Shown here one piece after another: positions 1-14,964 of a stretch of 64,000 nucleotides of DNA. Positions within the stretch are counted from its first letter, which is position 1; every line of letters starts with the position of its first letter. A program made the translations under genes and the position numbers. Source of the stretch: the human T2T-CHM13v2.0 reference genome, Homo sapiens; assembly GCF_009914755.1 (NCBI RefSeq), contig NC_060929.1. The stretch is one strand, 5' to 3'. The notes under the pieces are model-generated. The model searched no databases. It saw only the letters and a program-made list of their open reading frames with translations, and had not been told where the DNA came from.

Positions 1-361
1 TATATGAAGGGTCTTCCAGTCTTTAGAGAACTTAGACTTTTCATATTTTGTACCTTGCGTGTTAAGTGAAAAGCCTATAAATATTAATACTTCTTTTTAT
101 TTCTTTAAACCTTCTGCTTTTAGTAATCAGTTTTTGCTTGTATTCCTGTCAAGATAGATTTACACTAGCTTAATACTTTGGGTGTTACTATCTTGGAACT
201 TTAAGACTTCCTTTGGTTTATAGTTTGGTAAATGAGGTTATTTAAAAGAAAACTGTTATTGAAATGGATGAAAATTGATTACTGTTAAAAGACAGAGAAA
301 ATGTTTAAGAAAAGTACCTTCAACTGAAATGTATTGGATATACATTTGTTTATTGTTGTAG

Positions 362-500
362 CCTTGTTCGAGGCCCAGGGATTTTGGGGGAGGTCACAGT
401 GTTCTGGAGGATATTCCCTCCTTCCGTGGGGGAATTTGCTGAAACATCAGGAAAACTGACAATGCGAGACGAACAGTCTGCAGTCATTGTAGTAATACAG
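362..500 (+). CDS. ADGRV1: ADGRV1 coding exon (~exon 62), Calx-beta region
   Basis: ttgtag|CCTTGTT...ATACAG|gtatca; encodes LVRGPGILGEVTVFWRIFPP...VIQ; 139 nt, ends phase 0. Confidence 0.93.
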
Positions 501-539
501 GTATCAATATTAGCTGGTTTCTTTTATGCCCTTTACTCT

Positions 540-690
540 CTGTGCTGGTGTGTGCACATGTGTGAGCATATGTGTATGTGTGGGTGTGTTTGTGTGTGTG
601 TGGTTAGAAGTGGGGGATGGGGAGGAGGTAAATATTACAGCATTTGTGGTTGGCGTGCACGTGTGTGTGTGTGTGTGGTGTGTGTGTGTA
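540..690. repeat. Imperfect (TG)n microsatellite tracts
   Basis: Visible tgtgtg runs at 540-602 and 660-689. Confidence 0.9.
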
Positions 691-883
691 CGGTTGACAA
701 TGGAGATTGGGGAGAAGGTTAATGTAACAGCATTTGGTATTGTGGAGGTGCCTGTGTATGGGATTAAGAGTGGGAATGAGGAGGAGATTAATATTACAAA
801 ATCTGTTGTTATTATTTAGAGGTTAGGAGTTTTTCTTGAAATTCCACAGATTCTACTGTTGATGACTCTTTGTCTTTTTCTAG

Positions 884-1066
884 GCTTTGAACGATGACAT
901 TCCCGAGGAAAAAAGCTTCTATGAGTTTCAGCTCACTGCAGTCAGTGAGGGAGGAGTTCTGAGTGAATCCAGCAGCACTGCCAACATCACGGTGGTGGCC
1001 AGCGACTCTCCCTATGGCCGATTTGCCTTTTCACATGAGCAACTTCGAGTGTCAGAAGCACAGAGG
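884..1066 (+). CDS. ADGRV1: ADGRV1 coding exon (~exon 63)
   Basis: ttttctag|GCTTTGAAC...CAGAGG|gtatag; ALNDDIPEEKSFYEFQL...SDSPYGRFAF Calx-beta motif; 183 nt, phase 0-0. Confidence 0.95.
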
Positions 1067-1321
1067 GTATAGTATGAAATGCTTAAGATTTTAATATCAT
1101 TTTTATTTTTAGATATGAAAATGTTTTCTTGTTTCTATTCCAGAGTTTTCATAAACTGATTAATTTGCTCCAAACATCATTATTTTAACATATAATCTAT
1201 ATAATTTTATAACCTTATATGTAATTTTAACACAATCCTGGTAAATAGAACGTTTAGTTACAGACAGTATTGTCTGGTAGATTAAACATCTAAATCAAAT
1301 AAGAAAATGCATTTTGCATAG

Positions 1322-1554
1322 GTTAACATCACAATCATCCGTTCCAGTGGAGATTTTGGCCATGTGCGACTCTGGTACAAGACGATGAGCGGGACAGCGG
1401 AAGCAGGCTTGGATTTTGTTCCTGCAGCAGGGGAGCTCCTCTTTGAAGCAGGGGAGATGAGGAAAAGTCTGCATGTTGAAATCCTTGATGATGACTATCC
1501 TGAAGGCCCAGAGGAATTTTCTCTAACAATTACAAAGGTGGAACTCCAGGGAAG
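1322..1554 (+). CDS. ADGRV1: ADGRV1 coding exon (~exon 64)
   Basis: gcatag|GTTAAC...GGAAG|gtaaag; VNITIIRSSG...ILDDDYPEGPEEF; 233 nt, ends phase 2. Confidence 0.95.
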
Positions 1555-3120
1555 GTAAAGGAGAAAGGCAATTAGGAAAAAGAAAGCAAAGAGCAGAGAG
1601 AAAGAGAGAAAGTTCTATTGTGTAGAGATTAATACTGAGCTCTAAAGCAGTTCTTTCCCTACTCTTTCTCAGATTTGTGTGACATTAGAACAGGACATAC
1701 AAGGGAAATTATGACAATGACTGAGTTTTTTTTTTTAATTTTGTTAAATATAACTTCCCTCTGAAAATTGAAAGTATGTGTTTCTATTGTGTGGACTCAC
1801 TCTGGGTAGCCAGGAAGTTGAATATGATAACGGCTTCTAATTGGTGAAGACACAGCCTAACAGCTCTCTAAATCAGAGGTCAGCTGGTGTGGCTGAATTT
1901 GCTTCTTTTGATTTCCATACTTGTGAAAGGGCTGAAGGGAGGGATTTCTTTCATTGGTGCATCTGAAGTCTGTATCGTCTTCTCTGTGGGTGAATGACAT
2001 AGATGCTTGCCCCATAGTTTTAAAGTGGGGAAAAATTTGAGTGAAAGCTAGTTGGCCATTAATGTGCACCATGTTTTCAAGGAAGATAATGAATTAACCT
2101 TAATGAGTCTCTTTCATTCCCTGATTTAGTGAGGCAGATTTGATGAGGTGGAAAAACATCTTTAGCATGTTTAAGTACTCACAGGTTCTGCAGCTCACAG
2201 GTTGAGAGAGACCTACCAGCATCTCTGCCCAGATAGCAGATAGGTGGGCCCTTCAACTAGAGTAATGCCTGCATTTAGAAGAATCATAAAGACATTTTTC
2301 TTGTGCATGAAAATATTTTTGCCTTTGTAATGTGAATATCATGCTTTAAAAACTTTTTAAACTAAAATATGTTACTCAGTGACTTAAGTGTATATCATCC
2401 CATCTGGGAAAAAAATATTGTGGGCTCACATACCCTTCAAATTTTAGATTTCCCAAAAATGCTTCTATGCCTGGCAATGAGAGTGAATTTGTACTCCTAG
2501 TAAATATAGTAAAAAGTTTGAGCTGATCACTGACTATTTTAATTAAATAAATGCAATTTGGTAAAAGTAGTCGTTTAGTGTGAGATCATATTTGTGTTAC
2601 TGACCAGCTAGAGCTTGAGGATTTTGTCTTCTTTGCTACTGTTTTTTTAAAAAGCAGTTTCTATGTAAGTTTAATTCTGGGGAAACAAGTTTTTCCTTCC
2701 AGATAAATTTCTAGGTTTTCTTTGATCTCAAAAGGTAAGTAGTACAATTAGCTAATCTACAGCCCATCTCAGACTACTGGTAACAGTTACTCTTATCATT
2801 TAATATTCTAAATCTCAATTTTCTAATTTTGCCTTTTATATAATTCGCCAACTTTCAACCTTTCAACTCTAGGTAGGGTATAAATACCAGAATAGAATTT
2901 GGGAATTGAAGGAAGGACTAAAATGGTTTATCGGCATTTTTTAGCATGAGGAATTAAAGTCATATTTTAAAGCCTTGGAAGTTGAAGCTTTGTTTGATGG
3001 GAATAATATTAATCTAAAAAAAGACTTCTTTTGCAGAAGTATCATTACAGAAGTAAACTACCATCTATATTAAGGATAGAGGAATTGATTATGATTGGTT
3101 TCTGTAGAAATTGAAATACT

Positions 3121-3384
3121 TTTCTTTCTTTTTTATTTTTCTTTCTTTCTTTTTCTTTCTTTCCCTTTTTCTTTCTTTCCAAAGTCTTGCTGTGTCACCC
3201 AGGACAGAGTGCAGTGGCACAATCATAGCTCACTGCAACTTTGAATGCCTGGACTAAAGGGATCCTCTCACCTCATACTTCTAAATAGCTATGACTGCAG
3301 GCATGTGCCATCATGTCTGGCTAATTTTTTAAAATTAGTTTTTAGTAGAGACAAGGTCTCACTCACTATGTTGCCCAGGTTGGT
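3121..3384 (-). mobile_element. Old Alu (AluJ-like), partial, with CT-rich degenerate tail
   Basis: gagtgcagtggcacaatcatagctcactgca and tttagtagagac Alu motifs, highly diverged. Confidence 0.8.
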
Positions 3385-3821
3385 ATTGAGAGATATTTCT
3401 TTTGAATCTTGATGATTTAGTTTGAAATTTAATTAGTGTCATGACACTCACTATTTCTTTGAATAAATCATCTTAACCTAACACTGTAAATCTCAAGGCC
3501 GCCTGCTTACTTACCTATCTCTGAGTGCACTAGGTCTATTACTGTATATGTATGTATTCAGCCGTGATTCCCAAAGGTTCATTTTATGACAGCATCTTTC
3601 TGATTTCCTCACAGTTTATTATCTTCCCATTGCCCAAGTTTAGTAACTTTATATTAGTTTTGGCTTCGTACAGGCACCACTCATTGGGAGCAACACAGAA
3701 ATCTGTTTCAAAACATCATTTCAGGAAAAAGAGAATATTTTAGCGTTGAGGATCTTTAAAAGTATTGCAGTACTTTATAGAACTAAGTTGTAGGAGCTAA
3801 GAGGATCTTTTAATTCATGCT

Positions 3822-3886
3822 ATGCAATTATGTATTTTTTGTTGTTGTTGTATTTTATTTTATTTTGATTTGTATGACTTTGGAAG
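3822..3886 (+). CDS. ADGRV1: Intron-encoded alternative N-terminus (VLGR1a isoform leader MQLCIFCCCCILFYFDLYDFG)
   Basis: ATG at 3822 is in frame with the following exon with no stop. 21 aa plus the remainder of the 6306-aa protein from R4361 gives 1967 aa, the recalled VLGR1a length. Confidence 0.75.
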
Positions 3887-4035
3887 AGGGTATGATTTTA
3901 CCATTCAAGAAAATGGACTTCAGATAGATCAACCTCCTGAAATAGGAAACATCTCCATTGTTCGCATCATAATAATGAAAAATGATAACGCAGAAGGCAT
4001 CATTGAATTTGACCCAAAGTATACTGCCTTCGAAG
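3887..4035 (+). CDS. ADGRV1: ADGRV1 coding exon (~exon 65)
   Basis: tttggaag|AGGGTAT...TTCGAAG|gtaggt; phase 2 in matches the previous exon; 149 nt. Confidence 0.9.
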
Positions 4036-5580
4036 GTAGGTTCAGTCAGCTAGCTTGTAAGTAAGTTTACTACCACTTTCCAAATTACATTAGTTTGAAT
4101 TTCCGTGTGTAAATTGTTTTAGTTTGGTGTGGGTGTGTGTGTTTGTGTTTACACATATACACTTTTATATTTATTTACTTATTTGAAATACATTTTCAGT
4201 TATCTTTGGGTAGTCTTGAACCTTACTGTGAATGGCAATGTTAGGAACAAGCCTGTCTAGAAAAACTATGTTTAACATTAGGATTATTAAAATGTTTCTG
4301 TTTCAAACATTTTAATGAAAGCCTTTGTAATTTGTGCATATTTAATTTCCTATGTGACTAGAAATCAGTGAATATTCACTTCCTAATGAATAATCATCTT
4401 TGAAATGAATATTTTACTGGCCTAGAGATGCAGGTAGTATCTGGATCCTTGATCTTGCTTTCTCGAAACAGTCCCCAGTAGCAGCTTGCCTAATATTGCC
4501 AATTCTTTCCTCTTGTAGAAGCAGAATACAGAATATATGGTTATATTCCTTCCCAGGTAGGAAGAGATGGCTGCCTTTCTAGGAAATGATTTTATTCAAA
4601 GGCAGAATATGAATATGACTTTAAAAATAAATATCTTACTGCTGCATTTAACCTGATTGGCTTCATTGCCTCTATCAAAATTCTTTGGTTATCTAGCCAT
4701 TTTTAAAGTTCATAAAAAATTGCTTTAGGAGTTGGTTTATAATGAGTTTATGGGTAAGTTGTGGAATACATCACTATTTTGTGAACTTCAATCTGTACCT
4801 GGAAAAAATCATATTACATTTTTGCATTAAGAAATAAATGAGACTTGGAATTTTTTCAGTTCATTGTTTTCTGTTAGATTCATTATCTTTGGGAATTTTG
4901 GTCAGTGTATATTTATATTTATAATATACATTGAGTATTATTTAGCCATAGCTAATGTGAGCCCTATTAAATTATATTTTAATATGCAGAATTTAGCATA
5001 GCTTAAGAAATATATTTTTGAAAATAATGTTTAAGTTGAAATCAAACATTGAAGACACATTTTCAGATTCACAAGTAGATTTCATAGGAACTGAAAATGT
5101 AATCAAATTGTACTTGTATCTGGACTTTTAAAAATTCATATGATATACATATCATAAACCTCATTTATTTATATTACCATATTTATATTTCAATTGAATG
5201 TGTGGAAGCAATCCAGAGTGGTTTCCTATGAGCACAAACAACTTAAATGTTTTTTTGTATCCATCTAACATTGTCTTAGAAAGCAAGGATCATTTGTTTT
5301 TATGTAGTACACAGGGAGAATGCCAATGCTACTGATTAAATACATTGTTTAAATGCTAATTGTACTGTTCTCTGTAACTTTCAACATCTGATAAACTATG
5401 TTCCTCCTAAAAAATGTCATGAGGTTTTCACTAATCCCCCTTTAAAATGATAAAAGAACTATGAAAACATAGAGTGCTTACTTTGTGCCATTATGTTTAA
5501 TTGCCAGGTTTAATTTGGCTGAATCTTATAAGTTAGTTGCTCTGTCTGGCTTACCAATTAATTCCAAGTTCCCATTACAG

Positions 5581-5782
5581 TGGAGGAAGATGTTGGGCTG
5601 ATCATGATCCCAGTGGTGAGGCTACATGGAACTTATGGCTATGTGACAGCTGATTTCATCTCTCAGAGCTCCTCTGCCAGTCCCGGAGGTGTTGATTACA
5701 TTTTGCATGGCAGTACAGTCACCTTTCAGCATGGGCAAAACTTAAGTTTTATAAATATCTCCATCATTGATGACAATGAAAG
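5581..5782 (+). CDS. ADGRV1: ADGRV1 coding exon (~exon 66)
   Basis: ttacag|TGGAGG...GAAAG|gttggt; VEEDVGLIMIPVVRLHGTYG...IIDDNE; 202 nt, phase 1-2. Confidence 0.95.
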
Positions 5783-6294
5783 GTTGGTATATAGAAAATA
5801 ATGTGGGCACATATAAGACATAAGTATTGTGTTCAAACTCTTACATATGTTTTGCACTGACAATAGAACTTTAGATAATATGTGTCCATTGGAAAACAAC
5901 AGGTGAAATACTTTTGGGGTACTAGGGGTAGGGAAAGAGGGGCTAGGAGACGATGTGGTTGCATATGTCACTTCATTTCAAATAAAGGAAATAATATTTT
6001 CTGTTTCTCTAGACTTAAATAATCTAATCAGAATGTGGAAACATTCTTTAATTCACTTTCTTTATGCATTAAGCAATTAAAAAGAGGGCAAGAAAGTCCC
6101 TACAACTGCCCTAGGTCATGTAATATTGATGTTAATCATTCATTCTTTTAGCTAAGCACCCACTTCTTACCACTTGATGTGTGACTACTGTGCCTTGAAT
6201 ATGTATGACCAATTTGGAAAATGACTGGTTATTGGGATTTTACAAGCACTTTAATATGTTTAGACTCACAGAATTGCTCCTTCTTGCCATGCAG

Positions 6295-6514
6295 TGAATT
6301 TGAGGAGCCCATTGAAATTCTACTCACTGGAGCTACTGGAGGAGCGGTCCTTGGGCGCCACCTAGTGAGCAGAATCATAATAGCTAAGAGTGACTCTCCC
6401 TTTGGAGTTATAAGGTTTCTCAATCAAAGCAAAATTTCTATTGCTAATCCCAATTCCACAATGATTTTATCACTGGTGCTGGAGCGGACTGGAGGACTCT
6501 TGGGAGAGATTCAG
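6295..6514 (+). CDS. ADGRV1: ADGRV1 coding exon (~exon 67)
   Basis: atgcag|TGAATTT...ATTCAG|gtagat; EFEEPIEILL...SDSPFGVIRF; 220 nt, phase 2-0. Confidence 0.95.
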
Positions 6515-6749
6515 GTAGATTTATGTTCCCCATGACTTTAAATATAATTTTTGATAGACTGAGTATGGTAGTGTGTTTTCTCATTGCCCAAGTATATTTC
6601 TTTATTCACAGCCAATCAATATTTATTAATTATCTTGTATGTGTACAGCAGCTTTTGAGCCAGATTAAGTACATAAAAATGTATAAGGCATACATCTGTC
6701 CTCAGGGAACCTTGAGGGCTTGTTAGAAATGAAGTGAATGATTCTGATA

Positions 6750-9650
<2,901 letters not shown>

Positions 9651-10030
9651 CAAAAACAAGTGCCCAATGTTCTTTCTTTGTAGATTGTGTGAGAGGCATA
9701 CCATTTCAAATCATAGAAATGTAGAAAACTTTGTTTCTTATAACAATGTATGAAGATTTCCGTGTCTTTTACACTAGGAATATAAGTAGATTTAGCATTT
9801 TTGCATGGTCTACAGCAGAGTTTTTCCATGGTTTTGTTGTCTTATTTATATAGGTTTTGATTGGCACAGCCTGTGCACACAGCAGGACAGTATTGTACTT
9901 ATATATTTTTAAAATGTTTATATTTCTCTAATACGTATTTTAATATAGATTTTTATATGTTTTTATCCTATGTGATGACAAATTATTCATGAATACTATA
10001 GGTATGTAGTTTATAGTTGCAAATATCTTT

Positions 10031-10345
10031 TTGTCTTTCTTTCTTTCTTTTTTTTTTTTTTTTTGAGATGGAGTTTCGCTCTTTGTTGCCTAGGCTGGAG
10101 TGCAGTGGCGTGATCTTGGCTCACTGCAACCTCCGCCTCCCAGGTTCAAGCAATTCTCCTGTTTCAGCTCCGAGTAGCTGGAATTACAGGCGCCTGCCAC
10201 CACGCCCGGCTAATTTTTGTAATTTTAGTAGAGACGGGGTTTCACCATGTTGGCCAGGTTGGTCTCAAACTCCTGATCTCAGGTGATCTGCCCGCCTCGG
10301 CCTCCCAAAGTGTTGGGATCACAGGCGTGAGCCACCACACCCAGC
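10031..10345 (-). mobile_element. AluS (Sq/Sp-like)
   Basis: Full dimer; flanked by TSD tgcaaatatc(t/a)tt at 10018 and 10346. Confidence 0.93.
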
Positions 10346-10526
10346 TGCAAATATCATTATTTTTAACAAAAAAAAACAAGTTTATGAAACAGGAATTTGA
10401 TGGAATTATCCTAGAATAATTTTCCTATATGTGTATATATTTTCTTAATACTAGATACCCTGAAATAGTTTTTTGCTTAAAATTGATCTCTATTAAAGAA
10501 ATACCAAAACCAAAAACATCCCGCAG

Positions 10527-10766
10527 GTGAACTGGGAGACAGTAGGACCCAACTCTCAAGAAGCCTTACTGCCACAGAATAGAGACATTGCAGACCCAGT
10601 GAGCGGGTTGTTCTATTTTGGAGAAGGAGAAGGAGGAGTGAGAACCATAATTCTGACAATCTATCCTCATGAAGAAATTGAAGTTGAAGAGACATTCATT
10701 ATTAAACTTCATCTTGTGAAAGGAGAAGCTAAATTAGACTCCAGAGCTAAAGATGTTACATTAACC
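10527..10766 (+). CDS. ADGRV1: ADGRV1 coding exon (~exon 68)
   Basis: ccgcag|GTGAAC...TTAACC|gtatgt; VNWETVGPNSQE...DVTLT; 240 nt, phase 0-0. Confidence 0.92.
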
Positions 10767-11257
10767 GTATGTATGGCTTTATTTTTCTCACAAAATGTGG
10801 ATTTCATGGATTTATCAGAAAATACATTTACATTTGTTGAAACTCTATAAGCTTGTGATAAATTGGAAATTATAAAACCAAATAATATCATAATAATTCT
10901 GAAGGGTCAAACTTTTTGGTTTTCATGTCAGCTCATTGCATAGCCTGATTATTGGTAATATTTTTTTTAAAAACATTTTAGTATATGATACTTATTTTAT
11001 AAGCTTGGAGAAAATTTGGTGTTTTTGGAATATTTGACAGTTTTAGAGCAGAGGTATTTGTTATAGCATACCAAACATTGGATATCTTTGTCTTCAGGGA
11101 ATGTAAAAATTATTAACTAGTTATATTCCAGATAGTTTGAAGGAAAAAATGGTACTTGTTTAGTTAAGGCAAAAAGTGCTGGGACCAAGACTACTGAAAA
11201 TAATGCAGAGGGATGACCCATTTTTTTGAAGTTTGTAAAATACTCTTATTTGAGATC

Positions 11258-11318
11258 TATATCAGTCAGAGTTTTCCTGAGAAACAAAACCAGTAGGACA
11301 GACATGCACACAGACACA

Positions 11319-11355
<37 letters not shown>

Positions 11356-11779
11356 ACACAGCAGGGTGGAGGGAGAGAGAGAGATTTGAAGGAACAGACT
11401 CACATGATTGTGAGGGCTGGCAAGTCCAAAATCCATGAAATAGGCTGGCAGGAAGGAAACTCAGGAAAGAGTTGAAGTTGCAGTTTTGTGGAGCAGAGCA
11501 GTTCAGTAAGCTAAAAACTCAAGCAGGATTCCTAAGTTACAGTCTTGAGGCAGAATTCCTTTTTCTCCAGGAAACCTCAGTTTTTGCTCTTAAGGCCTTC
11601 AGTTGTTTAGATGAGGCCCATTCACATTCTTGAGGGTGATCTCCTTTACGTACAGTCAGCTGATTGTAAGTATTCATCATATCTCCAAAATACCTTCACA
11701 GTGACATCTAGATGAGCGTTTGACCAAACAACTGGGCACTATAGTCTTGGCAAGCTGATACACAAAATTAGTCCTCACA
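11258..11779 (-). mobile_element. MLT2-family (ERVL) solo LTR with internal (CA)n/(GA)n
   Basis: atcagtcagagttttcctgagaaacaaaaccagtagga start; ctggcaagtccaaaatc; end gctgatacacaaaattagtcctcaca. Confidence 0.75.
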
Positions 11780-12157
11780 GGGCCTGTTTGCTTCACTCCA
11801 TGTATATCATAGCTAGTAGGAAGAATTTAGCTAAAATTAACTGATTAAATGTAGTAAATATGAGATGAATAAAGCGAAATTCAGGCATCAAATTACTATT
11901 CTCTTGGGATTCTACAAATGGGAGTTTTCTGGATTCTTATTCCCATCATCTTTGGGGAATAAGAACCTACTTGTTTTAGGTAACAGTCAATGTGATAAAG
12001 AAGTTTTCAAAAATTAGGTAGCTAAGTAGAGTATATTCAAGTGTCATTTTTATGTTTCTTTCATTTCCTCAGCTTCTCTGTTTGTTAATATGTTGGATAC
12101 TATAATTTCATCCCTATTGTTTTATAAATTATTTTCTCTGTTGTTTATATTTTTTAG

Positions 12158-12307
12158 ATACAAGAGTTTGGTGACCCAAATGGAGTTGTTCAGTTTGCTC
12201 CTGAAACTTTGTCTAAGAAGACTTATTCAGAGCCTCTGGCTCTGGAAGGGCCCCTGCTCATTACCTTCTTTGTCAGAAGAGTCAAGGGCACCTTTGGAGA
12301 GATTATG
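12158..12307 (+). CDS. ADGRV1: ADGRV1 coding exon (~exon 69)
   Basis: tttttag|ATACAAGAG...ATTATG|gtatta; IQEFGDPNGVVQFAP...RRVKGTFGEIM; 150 nt; this frame is not in the ORF track. Confidence 0.93.
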
Positions 12308-13328
12308 GTATTACTTTTCATTTGATTTTTCAAAGTACCAGTTTGCCTAACAAATGTGGTTAAGAGGGACAGGGAAACTGCATGTTCTAGTTAATTAAAG
12401 TTTTTGATAAACTAAAGTTACGTGAGTTTTCAGAGAAACAGAGGCTTTATTTAAACATCTTTGGGCTCTCTCATCAGCATCAACCTCTAGCTATCTCTCT
12501 AAATTAAAATTGGTTACAGTTAGTTCAGAAAGATTTTCCTCACACTTAATCATAAAGAACCAAATGATTTTACATTTTATTGTTTGCTATAATGTGAAGG
12601 CTTTCCTACTTAAGCCTCTCAATGATTTGTGTAAATTCTCCAGGGCCTTATTTCTCATTAGAATTTTTCCATTTAGCAACTGTTTTTTAAGAGGTTGTCT
12701 TTGCATGTATATTTAGATAGAATGTTTGGGGATGCCCTTGTAAGTTTTCATGATATTTGATTAACAGATCAAGGTAATTTGTTTGCAGGAAAAACATATT
12801 TTGTGAAATTTCTCTATACACTGACCTCTCTTTCTGTATTGGATATTAACTGGTGCTTCTTCAGTTGACACTTCATAGTTTTGAGGCCAGCAATTCTTGG
12901 AAAATAATGATTGATTTTTTATATCTCATAGATAGTCCTTTTTTATTAAAAACAAACAAAAATTCTGATTTGAATTGTCAAATTATCTACTTTTTACCTT
13001 GAAATACTGTGTGTGGTGTACTACTAAAGTTATTTGTGGAACTGGAATTTTTAAGGTAGCTTGCTTCTCTGTGTCCCTTCAAATTGTGCTGTTATTTTAG
13101 AAGCAGGTAAAATAATGAGATTTTGTAATCTTATCCTGCAAATAGCATTCAACAGCCTGAGTCAATATACCTTCCAAGCTAACATATACTTAGAGAGTTT
13201 GGCTTTGAATATAGTGATGCACAATTATATTTTTTTTTTGTATATTATAGAGAAAAACATAATTTAAGGGAATTTGGTGCAATATACTGAATTATATAAC
13301 TTTGTTGAGTTTTTTTCTTTTATTTTAG

Positions 13329-13802
13329 GTTTACTGGGAATTAAGTAGTGAGTTTGACATTACTGAAGACTTTCTTTCCACCAGTGGATTTTTCACCATT
13401 GCTGATGGAGAGAGTGAAGCTAGCTTTGATGTTCATTTGCTACCAGATGAGGTACCTGAGATAGAGGAAGATTATGTGATCCAGCTTGTTTCTGTAGAGG
13501 GAGGAGCCGAACTGGATCTGGAGAAGAGTATCACATGGTTCTCTGTTTATGCAAATGATGACCCACATGGAGTATTTGCCCTGTATTCGGATCGCCAGTC
13601 AATACTTATTGGGCAGAACCTTATTAGATCCATCCAAATTAACATAACCCGGCTTGCTGGAACATTTGGAGATGTGGCTGTTGGGCTTCGAATATCATCG
13701 GATCATAAAGAACAGCCGATTGTTACCGAAAATGCAGAGAGGCAGCTGGTGGTCAAAGATGGTGCCACATATAAAGTGGACGTGGTGCCAATAAAGAATC
13801 AG
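13329..13802 (+). CDS. ADGRV1: ADGRV1 coding exon (~exon 70)
   Basis: ttttag|GTTTACTGG...AATCAG|gtttgt; LLPDEVPEIEEDY...NDDPHGVF; 474 nt, phase 0-0. Confidence 0.95.
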
Positions 13803-14964
13803 GTTTGTGGCATTTCTTCAGTTTCCTGATCATTCCAATAAAACCCTTTCAGGAGTGCCCATGCTTACCTCATAATCAGTTTGAAATCTTATTCAGGTAT
13901 TTAAATGGAACCACAAAAAAATGCCCTCGAAAATGTTTAGTAACTACTGGATAATACATTTGCAGATTATAATAAGTATATTACTATTTGGATGGAGATA
14001 ATAGATTTTTGTGTAGAAAGTAACAGACACTTATTTAATACTTACAAAGTTCTAGGAAATGTTTCCAGTGGTGTGCATATACACCTGCACACCCATGGAC
14101 ATGTGTATGCACACGCACACACACTGATACTTGTCAAAGGGGAGAAATTTATAGGCTTCTTTGTGCTTCTAGCAAAGAGTAGTGCAATGAAATAGATTAC
14201 ATGAAGAGGATTTGTGAATACAGAGACTGGTAACTGCTTCTCTTTTTGAAAAGTTGAAATGTAGGAAATTGGCTATGATATTCTCTAATGGTAATGAGGA
14301 GAAATCATAGCAGGCTGCTCTGCCAAGATCTGGGGTGGGTGATCAGAATGCATGGATGTCCTGTGGCTCAAGCAGACAGCCCAGCAGTCTTTCTCAGTCT
14401 GAACCACAGAAAGTGATTGAGTGACTTTTTTTTTAATTCCTCCCAAGGATGGTACATGTCATATCATCCTCTGTGCATGCATTATGGCATTCATTGCCAC
14501 TGGATGCATTATGGCATTGGGATTAATTATCTCATGGGCAAGAAAGGCTGTCCAAGAAGTAGACAGATTGGTGTCATCTTGAGAAAAACTTGCAGGGTGA
14601 ATTATGTAGCTAGAGAGAATGAAAAAGGAGAATATATTCTCTCTGTCGAGGAATGGTGAAGAGGGGAATTCTGAAGCCTTTGGGAACACCCAAATCAACT
14701 CCATGAAGGCTTGAGCATTTGGGTGCTGCTTTCATGGAGGTGTGTTATTCAGCCAGTGTCAGCTTAGTTTCATATAAACTTGTGATCCATAGAAAATAGG
14801 CTATCATTTCCGGATAAGCAACAAGCCTATTACACTAATCCATACTTACAGTGCTACCTTTTGATGTGTTGTGTACTCGAGCCTTTTGTAGTTGCTTAAT
14901 AAAGAAAACAAATGGGGTCTTCTTAGTGAGACATGGGTTTCATAGCTATTCCTACATTCCTGTA

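Noticed and set aside
501-508. Donor gtatcaat as a possible U12 intron
   Set aside because: It departs from GTATCCTT at +6/+7, and the acceptor has an ordinary pyrimidine tract
526-819. 97-aa ORF with repeated VNIT/VNVT/INIT motifs resembling Calx-beta strands
   Set aside because: It arises from TG microsatellite plus a degenerate DNA repeat, has no fitting splice sites, and exons 62 and 63 already join in frame
10017-10286. Alu-derived ORFs (also 24667, 29360, 31405, 34413, 35379, 47340, 55800, 59711, 61679)
   Set aside because: Standard spurious Alu translations with no independent coding evidence
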